Below, piece by piece: positions 40,420-53,139 of a stretch of DNA of 64,000 bases. The number at the start of each line of letters is the position of its first letter. The first letter of the stretch is position 1. A program made the position numbers and the translations under genes. Below the pieces are notes generated by a model. The model was not told the origin of the DNA, did no database searches, and saw only the letters and a list, made by a program, of their open reading frames with translations. Source of the stretch: Lama glama (Eukaryota); NCBI GenBank assembly GCA_028534125.1, contig CM052819.1, positions 52,204,001 to 52,268,000 of the forward strand. Reading direction: 5' to 3'.

Positions 40420-41520
40420 TTAATTACCTGCTCTGGGACAGGCACAGTTGTGGAAACCAGAGGTACAGCAGTAAATAAAACTGAAAAATTCTCTAGTTTC
40501 ATGGAGCTTGCATTTTGTTAGGGAGATAAAAGATATGCACACAAACAAATATATATATATATATATATAATATATAGTATATTTTATATTTATAGAAATA
40601 TATAATATCCATATTATATATTTAGATATATAGATAAATGTATATATATGTTGGTGATAAAAATTATGAATAAAAAGCAGGTAAGATGTTAGAGAGTGAT
40701 GAAGGACTGGGTTATATTTTTAAGTTGGTCAGGAAGGGTTCTTCAACAAGGTGACATTTGAGTAAAAACTTGAGTGCAATGAGGAAATAAACCATGTGGA
40801 TATCTGGGGGAGGAACTGTCTGCTCAGATGGTATGGTAAATCCAAATATCCTATGTTGGGAATATGCTTTATGTATGTAAGGAATAGCAAGGAGATCTTT
40901 GTGGTTGACAAAGAATGAGGCAGGGAGAGGAGACGATATCAGAGATGTAACTGAAGGTCATATAATATATAGAGACTTACAGGTAAGGGGTCAAGGTACG
41001 GGATTTGAGTTTTATTCCTAGTGAGATGTAAAAGCTTTGGATGGGTTTAAACAGAAGAATGACATGATATGAATTGGGTTTTAGCATAATCATGCTGCTG
41101 TCTGAAAATCAGACCGTGCGTGAACGAGGATTGAAGCCCGGTGACCAATAAAAAGATCCAATGAAATATGACTAATCCAAATGAGAGGTTATGTGACTTG
41201 GAGTAAGGTGGTGAGATTGAGAAGTGATTCGATTTGAGATAACTTTTGGACTATAGCTAACAGGCTCTGATAATGGATTGGATGTAGTGTGAGAGATAAA
41301 GAGTAAAAAGTCAAGAATATTGTCAAGGCTTTGGCCCAGAGCACTGATGAAACAGGGTTGCAGTCAAACTGAGCAGAGCGGAGCCTTCTCAGGTTTTTGT
41401 TTTGTTTGCTTTGATATCAAGGGTTTATTTTTGCTCTTGTGTAGTTTGAGATTCTTATTAAACGTCCCTTTAGAGATGTTAGGGGTATCAAGCTGTGTAT
41501 CAAGCCTGGAGTACATGAAA
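40420..41520 (-). mobile_element. L2 fragment containing an AT-rich (TA)n tract (~40548-40650)
   Basis: CATGGAGCTTGCATTT, AAGGTGACATTTGAG, CCATGTGGATATCTGGGGGA and AAGAATGACATGAT motifs. Confidence 0.75.
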
Positions 41521-42672
41521 TACACTGAGTCTGGAGTTTTATATTTGATATGGTTTTAGATGGGTTTTGGTTGAAAGGGAATTGACGACAAATCATGAAG
41601 GAGAAACCAAAGGATGCTGCATCTTGTTTTGAGAGTTGTTTCCTGTGAAAGTTTTACCTCAGTCTGGAGGATTTTTCAGCGAGGGCAGTTTTTCAACCGA
41701 AAACACTACCCTCTAAGATACTTGAAGTTTCAAACCATGTCTTATCAGCTTTACAAAGCTAAGTGCTGGCCTTATGACTGTGTCAGGGTAGACGCTCAGT
41801 TCAATTTAAAGAAAAATAAAATTGATAGGATTAGGTAAGTGTTCAGAGCATACTATATACAGTTTGCTGTGCGTACTGCATTTGTAATTTTGGCTGAATG
41901 AAAGGTTGATTGGCATCAAAGGACAATGTATTAATAGTTAAAGTGAAACATGTGCTTTAAAATTTCAGTATAGATATATATGAATTTAACATTTTTGATT
42001 TTTCTGAACAATGCATGCTTTTAACTTACTTTTTTTTTAAATAAAAGAGAGTTCAAAAGCCATTAATAGCAAAAACAAGTTTCAACACACCCTGTTGAAA
42101 TTGGGTGAATAGATAAACTCCTTCAAGAGTTAAATAATGCCATATTCATGCAAATGATTTTTCAATAAATATTACTTTTATCTTTTAATTAAAAAAATCT
42201 CTAACATCCATTTGAAGAACGTTTTTAATCTAATTTTGTCCCAACAACCAAGTAATTGTTTCTTACAGATTCAGGCTTTACTTACATTGTTCCCACCATA
42301 ATAAATAGTTTAATATAAACCATAAACCACATTGCTTATGAAAATTAGATTAACTAGAGTTTTTGAAAATGTCTCTAAAACTGCAATAAAAAGTCATAAA
42401 TACGAGAATTTAAAGATAAATTCTATCACAAAATTTCATGTTTTTCTTCTCCAATAACATTAAAATTTAATGTGGAGGCTGTTCTTTTCTAGATTAATTT
42501 TAATTTTCTTCTAATATGTATTAAAAACATGGGAATCCAGTAAAGGTGGTCGCCTCAGACCGCGAAAATTATAAAAATTAAGAGAACTCCTCTGCAAACT
42601 TTTGCAGTACTGTAGACAAGGCACATCTGTGTTCATATGTCAGGAATAGAAGGTATCAGAATGCCTACTACG

Positions 42673-42727
42673 ATGCTGCATACCAGAAACTGACACATTG
42701 TAACTGACTATACTTCAATTTTTTAAA
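42673..42727 (+). mobile_element. 55-bp L1 3' terminus insertion with TSD
   Basis: ATGCTGCATACCAGAAACTGACACATTGTAACTGACTATACTTCAAT is flanked by AATGCCTACTACG (42660-42672) / AATGCCTACTATG (42728-42740). Confidence 0.82.
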
Positions 42728-43379
42728 AATGCCTACTATGTTCCAGGTACTGAGCTAGACATTTTCTTATAATTCTCTGACAGTCCCAAGACTGAACTCG
42801 TGGGGTCTGTCAGGTTCACAGCAGTGCACAGAAACAATGATCGGGTTACATTCACCGGGTTGCAGGGAATTAAAGGATTTATGACTTGCAATAAACTGTG
42901 GGGAAAAAGCATGAATGTTACAAGTTTTATGAGGAAAAACAAGTCTTTATAAAAGCGATTTTCTTTCTCTAGCAAACTTATAAACTTACGTTAGATTTAG
43001 AGGATTAATCCTGACATTTTCCTTACAGGGATGTTTTTTTCTTGTTTCTGAGCTGGACTCCCCTACGGTGAGGTAGCAGTTTAAATTTTAAAAGATTAAA
43101 TAACCCAGGAAGTTCATCTCAACCTACTTAATTTCCTAGGATTCCTGGCCTGAATACTCGGCTGTTTTGTAAATGTACAACAACCACCTGAGACCACGGG
43201 AGGGTTTGAATGTATTTGCACAGCCAGCTAAGAAACAGAGTGAAAAAAGACCGGGATTTGGACTCAGAGATCCAAAATAAAGTCTTGGCTCCATCCTTAA
43301 TTTTGTGAGATTGGTCAAAACTCTTCCTTTTTTTCCAGATCTCAATTGAGCTGTTTGTATATAAGAAGATTGATGATTA

Positions 43380-43720
43380 TACAAGTCCAGACTCTTTCAG
43401 AAGCAAATGTCAGAAATTCAGGTTGAAATGCATTAAGAAAACAAGAAATTTATTGGTGCACATAACTGAAAAGTCCAGTTATAACTAACTCGAGGTATGG
43501 CTGGAACTAGGGGCTGGAATTATGTTGTCAGACTCCATTTCTCTCCATCTTGCAGCCCTGCTTTCCTCACAGAGCTGGCTTTATTTACTCATTTATATTT
43601 GGCTCTAGGCTTTTCTCTTTCCATCTAGCATTTCTAGAAAAAGAAAGTTTTCCTTCCTAGTAATAATTATAACAAAAAGAATGGAGTCTCTTGAATCCAC
43701 CTTGTTCTACCTTAAACTAA
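43380..43720 (-). mobile_element. MLT1J/K-like MaLR LTR fragment
   Basis: GACTCTTTCAGAAGCAAATGTCAGAAA...AATTTATTGGTGCACATAACTGAAAAGTCCAG. Confidence 0.65.
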
Positions 43721-46019
43721 TCACTATTTATTATTCTAATTAATGTATCTACTAATTATTATTTGAGCTCTACCATGGAGTAGGCATCGTGGTCCTATAT
43801 ATCTGTGACACAGTAAGGAACAAACATAGAGAATACATAACTACATAAACCCCCTGCTTTCATGGAGTATTTATCCAGTGGGATGGTTAGGCAATACTCT
43901 AACACATGTCTAAATATATAATATTCTGACATTCTCATTGCGTTATAAGGAAAAATAAAGCAGAACAAAAGAACAGGGTGATAGGGTTATCAGACAAGTC
44001 TTTTCTGATATGGTGGTATTTGTGATTCTTCTGGGAGAAAAGTGATGCTGGAAGAAAAAACCATAAATTCAAGAAACTTACCTATTGTGTCACAGAAATA
44101 GCAAAGAGACCAGAGTGGTTGGAGCAAGATGATTTAGGAGGAAAATGGTAAGGTATGAATGTAGGAAGGTAGTGCCAGGTTTTATTTTAAGTTAGCTGGA
44201 AATTTTGGAGGACTGTGAATTGTAGAGAGAAGGAGAATTACCTAACTTATGTCTTCAAAGGCTCCCTGCTGTTACTATTTGGACAGTAGACTACAGGACA
44301 CAGAAATGGAAGCAGGGTGTATCTCAAGTTAGCACTGCTGAATCGCAGTGAAGGGATCAACTTTACGAGACATTTTAAAATTGGCTCTCGATAGCGGTTT
44401 ACCAATTTACACTTGTAAATGCAGGTGAGAACTTCTTTCTTCAAATCCAAGTCAACCCTTGGTACATTTAGATTTTAAGATTTTTACCAATCTGAAAAAT
44501 ATGAAATTAGTCATTTCCCCCTGACTATCAGCAGTCATTCAAGGTTCTTCTCACAAAACTGGCTTGTGTCTTATTTGATTTATTTTTATGGTTTTATTCC
44601 CCACAATTTCTGTTTTTAAGACTCCTGCATGTGGCCTTCTGGGCTCTATACACTGCACAGCTTCTAGGACGCATCATTCATGGAGATTACGATGAGAATG
44701 GTGCCCATCTGAGTTTCTGCAAAAAGGTGGTCCTGAAGCAAAGATTACATTTTACTCATCTCTCTATATCAATTCTGTTTGGGTCAGGATTTGGCACACA
44801 GTAAGCACTAAATAAATGTTGAATTGAATAGAGAATAGTTTTACTGAACATTTCAGCAAAATTGCTTTGTTTCCAGCATCTTAGAAAGAAGTAAAATATG
44901 TAGTAACATTGCTGCATCTAGATGTTATTTTTATGGTATCTACATTTTCTGTTTTATCCTTTTTTTTAAAAAAAAAGGCACATTATCATAAATTGTGCTT
45001 GTCTATATTGATGTACTATGATAACCTGGCTTCTTAAGTCTATAACAGGGGCTCTCAGTGCTGAGTCTATATATCATTCTGGAAGACAGACACTGAAATA
45101 GGTTAATATATGAAATCAGAGAAAAAAACGTTACCCAGTCAACTGTGTACTTGAAATAATCAAAATAAAGGCTTTCATTTCCTCAAAAGAATTGTGCCTA
45201 AGAACCATAATCCCTTTTATTTGTTCAATATTTTCAGTTTACAAAGGGCATTCATGAGTTTCATGTCATTTGATGTCCACTAAAATCCTGTGGGTTAAGT
45301 TGGACATATGTTATTACTGAGGCTAAGAGATATTAGTAAGTTGGTCGAGGTGAAGTAGCTAATGAGGCAGGCAAACTCTGATTTCATGGACAGTGATGTG
45401 CCCATCTGTGAAACCAAATGTTCCAGTTTCACTTGTTGCTGGATATGACTGTAGAAACACCATTTTATTCAATGAGACATTAAAATGGAAGTCGGCTGAG
45501 AATTTCCTTGTTTTATGACATATTTCTTTATTGTCTTCTCTAACACTATTTGATACAAACCAAGGAATATTATGTAATGTATGTAAGTTTTAAAGAAGAA
45601 TAATTGTATAATGAATGTCCCTACTCACTACCTAACCCAAGGACTAGAACATAACCAACATCAATATGCCTGTAAGTTCTCCATCCATCCCACCACTGTC
45701 TTCTTCCAGAAGAAATATTACAGTGAATTTTGTATTTATCATTCCTATGTTTTCCTTTTTCCATTGAATAAGGTAATAAGGGTGAAGGCTGAGTAGTATT
45801 CTTGAGGCCATAAAGTAGCCATGAGAATGGAGCCACACATTGAGGATGATAGAGTAAGAAGATGGGATATACCTGGTTATTGATGATGTTACAGATTCTT
45901 CATGCCATCCCTGGTTTACCTACCTCTGGATGACTTGTTATATGAGACAAACCTCTATGTGGTTAATTCTCTGTACTTTCATGTGGCATGCAGGAAGTGC
46001 ACTATTTACATCCCTCTTT

Positions 46020-46245
46020 TAACAGAGTCTGCCATGTTGGGGACAGTTTGCCAACAGCTTTTAGCTGCAGTGCCATTAGGGTCTGCTGCAGCCTTCTGGT
46101 TGAAACCACTCTCTTGCTGGACAGCTCTCAGATGATGACTAAGCACAGCAGGGGTACGAGAGTCTGGCCATTTCTGCCCAGTGAAGGTTTCTTTTATGGA
46201 CATCCTTTAAACCAGGGCTCCCTTCCTCTCTCCTTTCACAGTTGT
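46020..46245 (+). mobile_element. LTR16-like ERVL LTR fragment
   Basis: GATGACTAAGCACAGCAGGGGTACGAGAGTCTGGCCATTTCTGCCCAGTG motif. Confidence 0.55.
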
Positions 46246-46249
46246 CAGA

Positions 46250-46436
46250 CCAGATTGTGTTGACAAACTATGGCCAATGAGCCAAATCTGGACCACAGCT
46301 TCTTTTTGGACATCCCATAAACAGAGAATTTTTCTAACAAAAAGCAAAGAAGAATATGTGACAGAGACTATATGCATTCCACAGAGCCTAAAATATTTAC
46401 CATCTGGCCCTTCACAGAAAGTTTGCCAATCCCTGG
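46250..46436 (+). mobile_element. MER58-like hAT MITE
   Basis: CAAACTATGGCC...GCCAAATCTGG and GCCTAAAATATTTACCATCTGGCCCTTCACAGAAAGTTTGCCAATCCCTG. Confidence 0.8.
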
Positions 46437-46789
46437 TAAAGCCTTTCTTGTCCACTCCTGCTTTATTTCCCCTTTCTCTTCCACAAGCATTAACATTCCA
46501 TCTCTTGCAATTCTGTCTTGACATCCTACTTCCAAGAATACCTAACCTGGCACATTTGGTCTTGACTACTACATTGAATTACTAAAATGTAATCATTAAA
46601 AGATACACTTAGTGAAGGGCAGAATCAGGACCAAAATCTAGGGCAGGCCTAAGACTCTAATACACCGCACTTCTTTGGGGATACTCTTGACAATACTGGA
46701 ATAAAAAGTTTGGAAGATAATAAAAGATTCAATAATGGGTAAAATAGATTTAATTTCTACTTTTACTGACTTTTTAGTCTAGTGATGAT

Positions 46790-47745
46790 AAACCTAATTT
46801 TCTCTTCCAAATCTACCCTTCCATACTTTTCCCTCCCTGGTTTCTGGCAGCTCCAGACTATTAATTGCTCAGGCAGGCCCAAAGTCTTGGAGTCATCTTT
46901 CACCCCTCTTTTAATCTGAAATCTCATTTCCAGTCAATCAGCAAAACTGGTGGGCTCTACTTTAGAATGAGATCCAGATTCTAAGCACTTCTTACTGCAC
47001 ATGCTATCACCAAGCCATCTCTGGCCAGGCTTATTGTGGTAACTTTCCATCTGAACTCACCGCCTTTTCTCCTTGCTCTCCTATAGACTATTCTCAACAC
47101 AACAGGGAAAATTACCCCTTAATTTAGCTCTTGTGGTTTCTTTTCTCAAAAATGAACACTCTTTTACTTAAATGAAAGATGAAGTGCTTACAGTGGTCCA
47201 CCACGTCCTGTACAGTTTAGGTGCCCTTTCCCATCATGCCTTCCTCTCCTACCACTCTCTTCCTAGCTTAAAGTGTTCCAGCTACACTGGCCTCCTTACT
47301 CTTTCTTGAACATTTTTTACATTTATACATTTCATACCCTGTAGAGCATTTAGACCTGCTTTTTCTGAAATGTTCTTTCCTCTAGATAACCACTTGATTT
47401 TCTGCTTCATCTCCTTTAGGCTGTTTCTTAAACATCATCTTCTCATTGAGGACTTCCAAGACCTCATTATTTTTAATTGCTACCCTCCCCACACCCTCTC
47501 AGTCCTTGCCTACTTTAGTTTTTATCTATATGGCTTGCCACTATTTAATATGCTATATATTTAGCATATATATTTTATTGTCTATGTTTCCCATCTAGAA
47601 TATAAATTCCTGGAGTGGAAAGTGCTTTGTCTATTTTATTCATGGTTGCTATGTTGCACAAATCCAGGGCACCATTTCCGTTGTGGTAGAAAATATTTAA
47701 CAAATATTAACTTCTTAAAAATATTACCTGAATGAATGAATGACT
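46790..47745 (+). mobile_element. L2 3' region
   Basis: CTTGGAGTCATCTTT, CCAGCTACACTGGCCTCCTT and CTAGAATATAAATTCCTGGAG motifs, ending TGAATGAATGAATG. Confidence 0.75.
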
Positions 47746-48091
47746 GTTTATGAAGTCTGCATGGTAGCAGTATATTACTATATACATGAATAGAAAACAG
47801 GGCAGAAATCAAAATTATTTTTACTATGTGATTAAAAAGTAAAAAATAACAACAAACTCCAAAGCTTATCTTTAGGAAAGAAGAAAGACTGAAGACGATC
47901 ACATCAAATTGTTAATAGTTTTGCTTTTGAGTAATATGGTTATATAGTCTTTAAAACAATTATCTCTACTTTACTTTTCTACTTTAATGATTAATAAGTT
48001 TTGATTTTATTATCAGAAAAATAAATATTATGGTAAAAATAATCATCAAAAATAAAGTCTTTTGTCCTTACTGTATTAGAGCTCACTTCTC

Positions 48092-48447
48092 TTTTTTTTT
48101 TAAATTTTTATTGAAGTATAAAAGTATCAATTTCTGGCATACAGCATAATGTTTCATTCATACACATACATACATTTATTTGTTTTCATATTCTTTTTCA
48201 TTATAGGTGACTACAAGATATTGAATGTAGTACCCTGAGCTATAGAGAAGAAATTTGTTTTTTATCTGTTTTTATATATAGTAGTTAATATTTGTAAATC
48301 TTGAACTCTCAATTTTTCCCTTCCCACTCTCTTCCCCCCACCAGTAACCATAAGATTGTTTACTATGTCTATGAGTCTATTCCTGTTTTGTAGGTGAGTT
48401 CATTAGTGTCCTCTTTTTTCTTTTTTTTTTTTTTTTTAGATTCCTCT
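48092..48447 (-). mobile_element. Lineage-type L1 3' UTR fragment
   Basis: Poly-T then TTTATTGAAGTATA...CTGGCATACAGCATAATG...TTTTTAGATTCC, the reverse complement of an L1 3' UTR. Confidence 0.85.
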
Positions 48448-49147
48448 TACGAGTTCAGTAAACATTAATTACATAAATTCATATCTCCTGTCTAATTGCT
48501 GATACTGGCCATGTGGGGAAAAACCTGTCAATGGAAGATGGGTATACAAAATGCCATGAGGTCTGCAGTGTTTCAGAGCCTTGAGAATGTTTCTCACTGT
48601 GTTTTTAAACTCAACAAGCTGTCCCCACATAACCCTAGAACCTGCAGTGACTTCTGCCAGTTTCCATGGTACCACCTATTTGTAGAGATTTTAGGGCAGG
48701 CTGGAGGTACACGAGGTATGTCTGGGGTGGTGGAGGAGGAGGCTGTGGAAATCTTATACCCGAGCCACACACAAAGAGAAGGGAAAAAAATCCACTACCA
48801 GATTTTACTAGAATTAACAATAGGCTTTAAAATGTGGGAAAATGGGAATGGTACAAAGATTTCCTTGGACCAGGGCACAGGTCCACATAGAAAGTACTAA
48901 ATGATGGGGGTGAGAAATGACATGGCTTTCAGGACAATGGCGTCTGATAAGGATGAGCTTACATAGAGATGAATGTCTACTTGGTATGATTGACAATCCA
49001 GGTTTTCCTTTGAAGAGTTTTCGTCAGAAGCACTGAGGAATTTTATTTTCTCTCAAACTTCATGAGCCTGGAACCCACCCCAGAGATTTAAATTCAGTAG
49101 AAAGAATGGGGATTCTGATGCATCTGCTTAATTTAAGGGGAATTCAG

Positions 49148-49273
49148 GGGGAGGGTGTAGCTCAGGAGTAGAGTGCTTGCTTAGCATGCACGAGGTCCTG
49201 GGTTCAATCCCCACTCCCTCAGTTTAAAAAAAAAAAAAAGAAAAAATAGTCTAAAACAAATAAAACAAACAAC
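49148..49273 (+). mobile_element. Camelid tRNA-derived SINE, young-looking, ~0.6 kb downstream of the CLDN1 poly(A) site
   Basis: A-box-like TAGCTCAGGAG, B-box GGTTCAATCC and a poly-A tail. The 18-bp TSD is AATTTAAGGGGAATTCAG (49130-49147) / AATTTAAGGGGAGTTCAG (49274-49291). Confidence 0.92.
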
Positions 49274-49924
49274 AATTTAAGGGGAGTTCAGATCAAACTG
49301 CCTGACAATAATCTTAGTCTCTTACCCTTAGTGCTAATGTCTGAGACTCCACATAGAGCAGCAATCCTTTGCTTACAAGGCTGTCTCTTTATTATGAAAA
49401 TTGCTTAGGGAGAGGTTTCAATTAAGGCTTTATCAATTATTGACATTTTCAGATAATGAGTGGATGAGTTTTATCATTTGCCAACCTAAAACTTAGTTTT
49501 AATAATAATCATTACAAAAACAATAATGGATTTCTAGCTATCTTCCTCTCTTCCAACCTGTGAGGAACACAACCACCTTAAGTTTTCACAGTACTTTACA
49601 GTTGGCTGTTTTTTCACTTAATTACTTACCATAGCATGTCCCTTTTCTATGGGTGAGGAAAATTAAGTAACTTCTCCTGACATTCTCTTCTATCACCGCC
49701 CTTGATGAAGAAGAAGCACAGTGTGTGAGAAATAGGGCATCCCGGTGGGTGGAGTCACTCAAATAGCTGACAGATGGCCCAGAGGCACCACAGCTCTTTC
49801 CCAGGGACACACAGTGAGTCAGGTGCTGTCCCAAGCCATCTTCTTTTCCAAGCATGGCAATCTTGAAATAAATGATTAAAAAAACAAACCAAGGATTTGT
49901 TTTATATTACAAAAAAAAACCCAA

Positions 49925-49930
49925 TTTATT
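49925..49930 (-). terminator. CLDN1: CLDN1 polyadenylation signal AATAAA
   Basis: Plus-strand TTTATT at 49925-49930. On the minus strand it is followed by U/GU-rich sequence (CCTTGGTTTGTTTTTTT, ~49878-49894), typical of a downstream element. Confidence 0.8.
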
Positions 49931-50744
49931 GAAAAAAGAGTAATGCTTTATACAAATTCCCATTACAAAACCCCAAGTATCTATTTGTCTGTTTCCAGGT
50001 ATGTAGCAGAGTACAAAAATATCAAAATTAGATAAATTCTGGTGTAACAATCCTGTTGGCCACTTTGGACTATAGATTTCTTTTTAGAGTTTAGCAACTA
50101 GTAACCCCATGTATTTTTATCTACCCATCATTAGGCTCTATGCATGTAGCAGAGGTTCTTTGAACTACACATTCTAGGAGCACAGACTTTTGGAAGATAC
50201 ACTGAAATTTATGAGGTTCAGATTCTATGATGCAGTCCTTTGGATAATTTCCCCATGTGGTTTCACTATGACTTACATTCCCCAACTCCCTTTTCTAGCA
50301 GTGCTAGCTGCCAGCTGATAGCAACACCTCCAGTGACATCACTTGAGAGATATCCACCTTGTTTACCCTTGTAAGTCATTATAATTCAAAAAAATCTTCC
50401 ATTCTTTGGTTTGCCAACACTGACACTTCTGTTTTATCCATCACATCTGCAAAATTGTCCTAGGTCAAGTCTGCATTCCTAATAGGAGAAAAGCTTACCC
50501 ACAAAAAGCATCAGGCCATTCTGACTGAAGAAAGCTAACACTTTCTTAGAATCCTTTTCACTTAAAAGCTGAATTCCACTTTAGTGTCTCATCACTGGAA
50601 AGAATGGTTAAGGCAAGAAATCCATGTCTTAAAATTTCTCTCTTTTCAGTCATTTGAAAAGTAATCCCAAACCCATGCACTTGAATTCCTTAATTCTTTC
50701 CCCTAGTCCAATATTTCTCATCCTACAAAATCACATTCACATAC

Positions 50745-50935
50745 ATCCCATCTCCTGGGATCCCCACAACAGCCCTGTGAGGTAGGCAGGTCAGGAATAC
50801 AATCCTCTTTTTATAAATGAAGCAATAAATCTAGGGCAACCAAGTGCCTTGCCCAAACTCACACAGTAATTGATAGCACCAAGACTCAAATTAGGTCTCC
50901 AGACACTGAAGTCAACACCCTTTCCATTACATCAT
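50745..50935 (-). mobile_element. MIR exonised in the CLDN1 3' UTR (sense to the mRNA)
   Basis: CACAACAGCCCTGTGAGGTAGG...TTTATAAATGAAG...CTTGCCCAAACTCACACAG...AGGTCTCCAGAC is the MIR core in reverse complement. Confidence 0.8.
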
Positions 50936-52373
50936 CTTGTTCAAGTGAAGGAGCATTTTCCACAGACCAGAAAACTAAGAGCAATTGTTAAAATGGGACA
51001 GAGCACCAACAACATGGTGGCCGCAGCTGAGAGGAAGGACATGGACCTGTGGAGAAAAGAAGGTGCTGAACAACGTGAAAGCTTGCATGTAGGTCTGGTT
51101 CAATGACTTCTTAACAGCCAATTTAGCAAATACAAATACTACTTAGGCATATTTCATGTTCAAAGAATGAGCATAATATCAGCTAATTAATACTTACACC
51201 ACTTTACCAGCTGGTTAAGTATCATTATTTCAATTTGACAGATGGGAAAAGAGGAGAAAGAGTAAATGACTCCCTTACAGAAACAGAGGGAATATCTGTC
51301 ATCAGATTGTCACTGCAGATAGTCCAACACTCCATGCAGACAAGCAGGCTACCCATCTCTGAGAAGAGGTTAAGTGTATGAGAAAGCAGTACAGTTGAGG
51401 AAGGAGGGGAAGAAAAAGGTAGTTTGGGAGGATATACAACTGGGAAAAAGTAGCTCAAAAAATTCAATCAATGAAACTGTGTTACAACACCTGGGAAAGC
51501 AGCACACAGCTCCTCAATGTAACAAATATTTTCAAAGCAAACAGGTATGTTCTAGGTCAGAGTACAGGGAGCGTGTGGGAAGGTCAACAGGAATATACCG
51601 TCTAGTTGCACAGAATGATTTGCTCCCAACGCTCTGATTTGTAAGAGATTCTTATAGACTTTAAGAATTAAATTATAGGCATATAAAATGTGTTGTCAGA
51701 TTCAAGAGTTAAGCCCAACCTCACAAAAAGCAAAGGCATGAAGAATGACCGATGACAAAGCAAATACTATAAGATCATAGTAAAAAGTATATGTAAGTAT
51801 ATGTAAAGGGCACATGGGAAGAATTGAAATAATTCATACTTGGTAAAGTAGGTCAGGTCTTCTGCGAAAGACACTATAAGCTGGTGAAGGACGGTAAATG
51901 ATATTTGACTTATTATCTATGTGTACATAAACAAAGAAGAGGAAAATACCATATAAACTACCTATTTAATCAATATAGAATTAAATATATTTTTCTTTTT
52001 TAGATATATTTTAAGTATGCTGGTACCCACATAAGGAAAATAAGATTTTTCACCATCTAATTTTTTTATAGAAAAACATGTATATGTACATATCTATATA
52101 TATTTAAGGAGCGCCCTCCTCCCACAACTGAGATGATTACTCAATGGGAAGCAGTGCTACAAATGGAAAAGACTTCCCTCCTGTATTGAGGAAAGGAGCT
52201 AAAATAAGAAAAAGCCATTTTTAGTAATGGGTATTTAAAAAAATACGGTTTTTTAGTAACACCATAGTTCAGACTACAAGAGCCAAAAGTCTAAGCTCTT
52301 AATGTCAGTGACAGTATTTCCATGTCCATTTCCTGTTTTTTCCCCCACAGAGTTGTCTCCGCTTGCTTCTGTG

Positions 52374-52536
52374 TCACACATAGTCTTTCCCACTGGAAGG
52401 CGCAGGTTTCGGGTAGGGCCGTGGCGTTGGGTAAGATGTTGTTTTCCGGGGACATGAGCAGCAAAGCAGGGCACCTCCCAGGAGGGTGAGAGAAGCAGCA
52501 GCCCAGCCAGTGAAGAGAGCATGTCCAAATTCATAC
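52374..52536 (-). CDS. CLDN1: Claudin-1 exon 4 coding part (TM4 and cytoplasmic tail with YV PDZ-binding motif)
   Basis: tttctag|G TAT GAA TTT GGA...GAC TAT GTG TGA, 163 bp. It encodes [53 protein letters not shown]. The exons here (165+85+163) plus a 223-bp exon 1 CDS outside the window would give the 211-aa protein. Confidence 0.98.
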
Positions 52537-53139
52537 CTAGAAAGAAAAGATTATGCGCACCTGTTTAATCAATGAATCACTGGAAGTGTTTCTAACGTAA
52601 TTAAGGAAAGAAATCAGTATCATACTTACTACGTTTTCCCACTGCAAATAACTCCTCATCATCTCTTTAAGTTTTATGAAGTACTTTGAGGTTTGTGAAC
52701 ACACACACAAGAATGTTGACAATGCCGTCGTTGACAATTTGCAATAGTAGATCAGGCAACACAACATGCAATAGCAGGTTAATTTCACAACTATTACACA
52801 ACTAAAATGAAAGACTCTCCCACGTGTAGGAGACTTGTAAAGCATGTTCACATGTTTCAGAAGTCAGCTTGGTCCTCGGATCCTAGGCTGACACTTAACA
52901 AGGTGTGGTATCACGAAGCAGCAGCCATACTTTTTAAAGAAACTGCTACAGTGTGGTGGAGACTGCTAACGTTTGGTGTAGTTAATCCCAGGTACCTATA
53001 AACACTAAAATCTGAAATTTGTGGTTTTGTGCAGAAGACTTCTCAGCAGCCCACAGGTTGTTCTAGATTAAGTTGACCCAGGTGGATGTATGAAGCCATA
53101 CTTCTGGGGAGAAGACCTGCGATTGATGGTGGACAATAA

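Larger units (their letters stand above)
49905..52373 (-). other. CLDN1: CLDN1 3' UTR (~2.45 kb; end approximate)
   Basis: It follows the TGA stop and runs to an AATAAA in the context AAAGCATTACTCTTTTTTCAATAAATTG, which resembles the recalled end of human CLDN1 mRNA. Confidence 0.8.

Noticed and set aside
49148-49220. tRNA-Ala-like sequence with A/B boxes and CTTAGCATG loop
   Set aside because: It is followed by a poly-A tail, flanked by a TSD and repeated four times in the window. It is a SINE head, not a tRNA gene.
52274-52534. 86-aa ORF overlapping CLDN1 exon 4
   Set aside because: It is an alternative frame of the real exon. Its ATG lies at the second coding base of the internal exon, and nothing suggests independent translation.
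52831-52857. Cluster of CWWG half-sites in intron 3 resembling a p53/p63 element
   Set aside because: Core spacings are 9 and 8 bp rather than the required 10.
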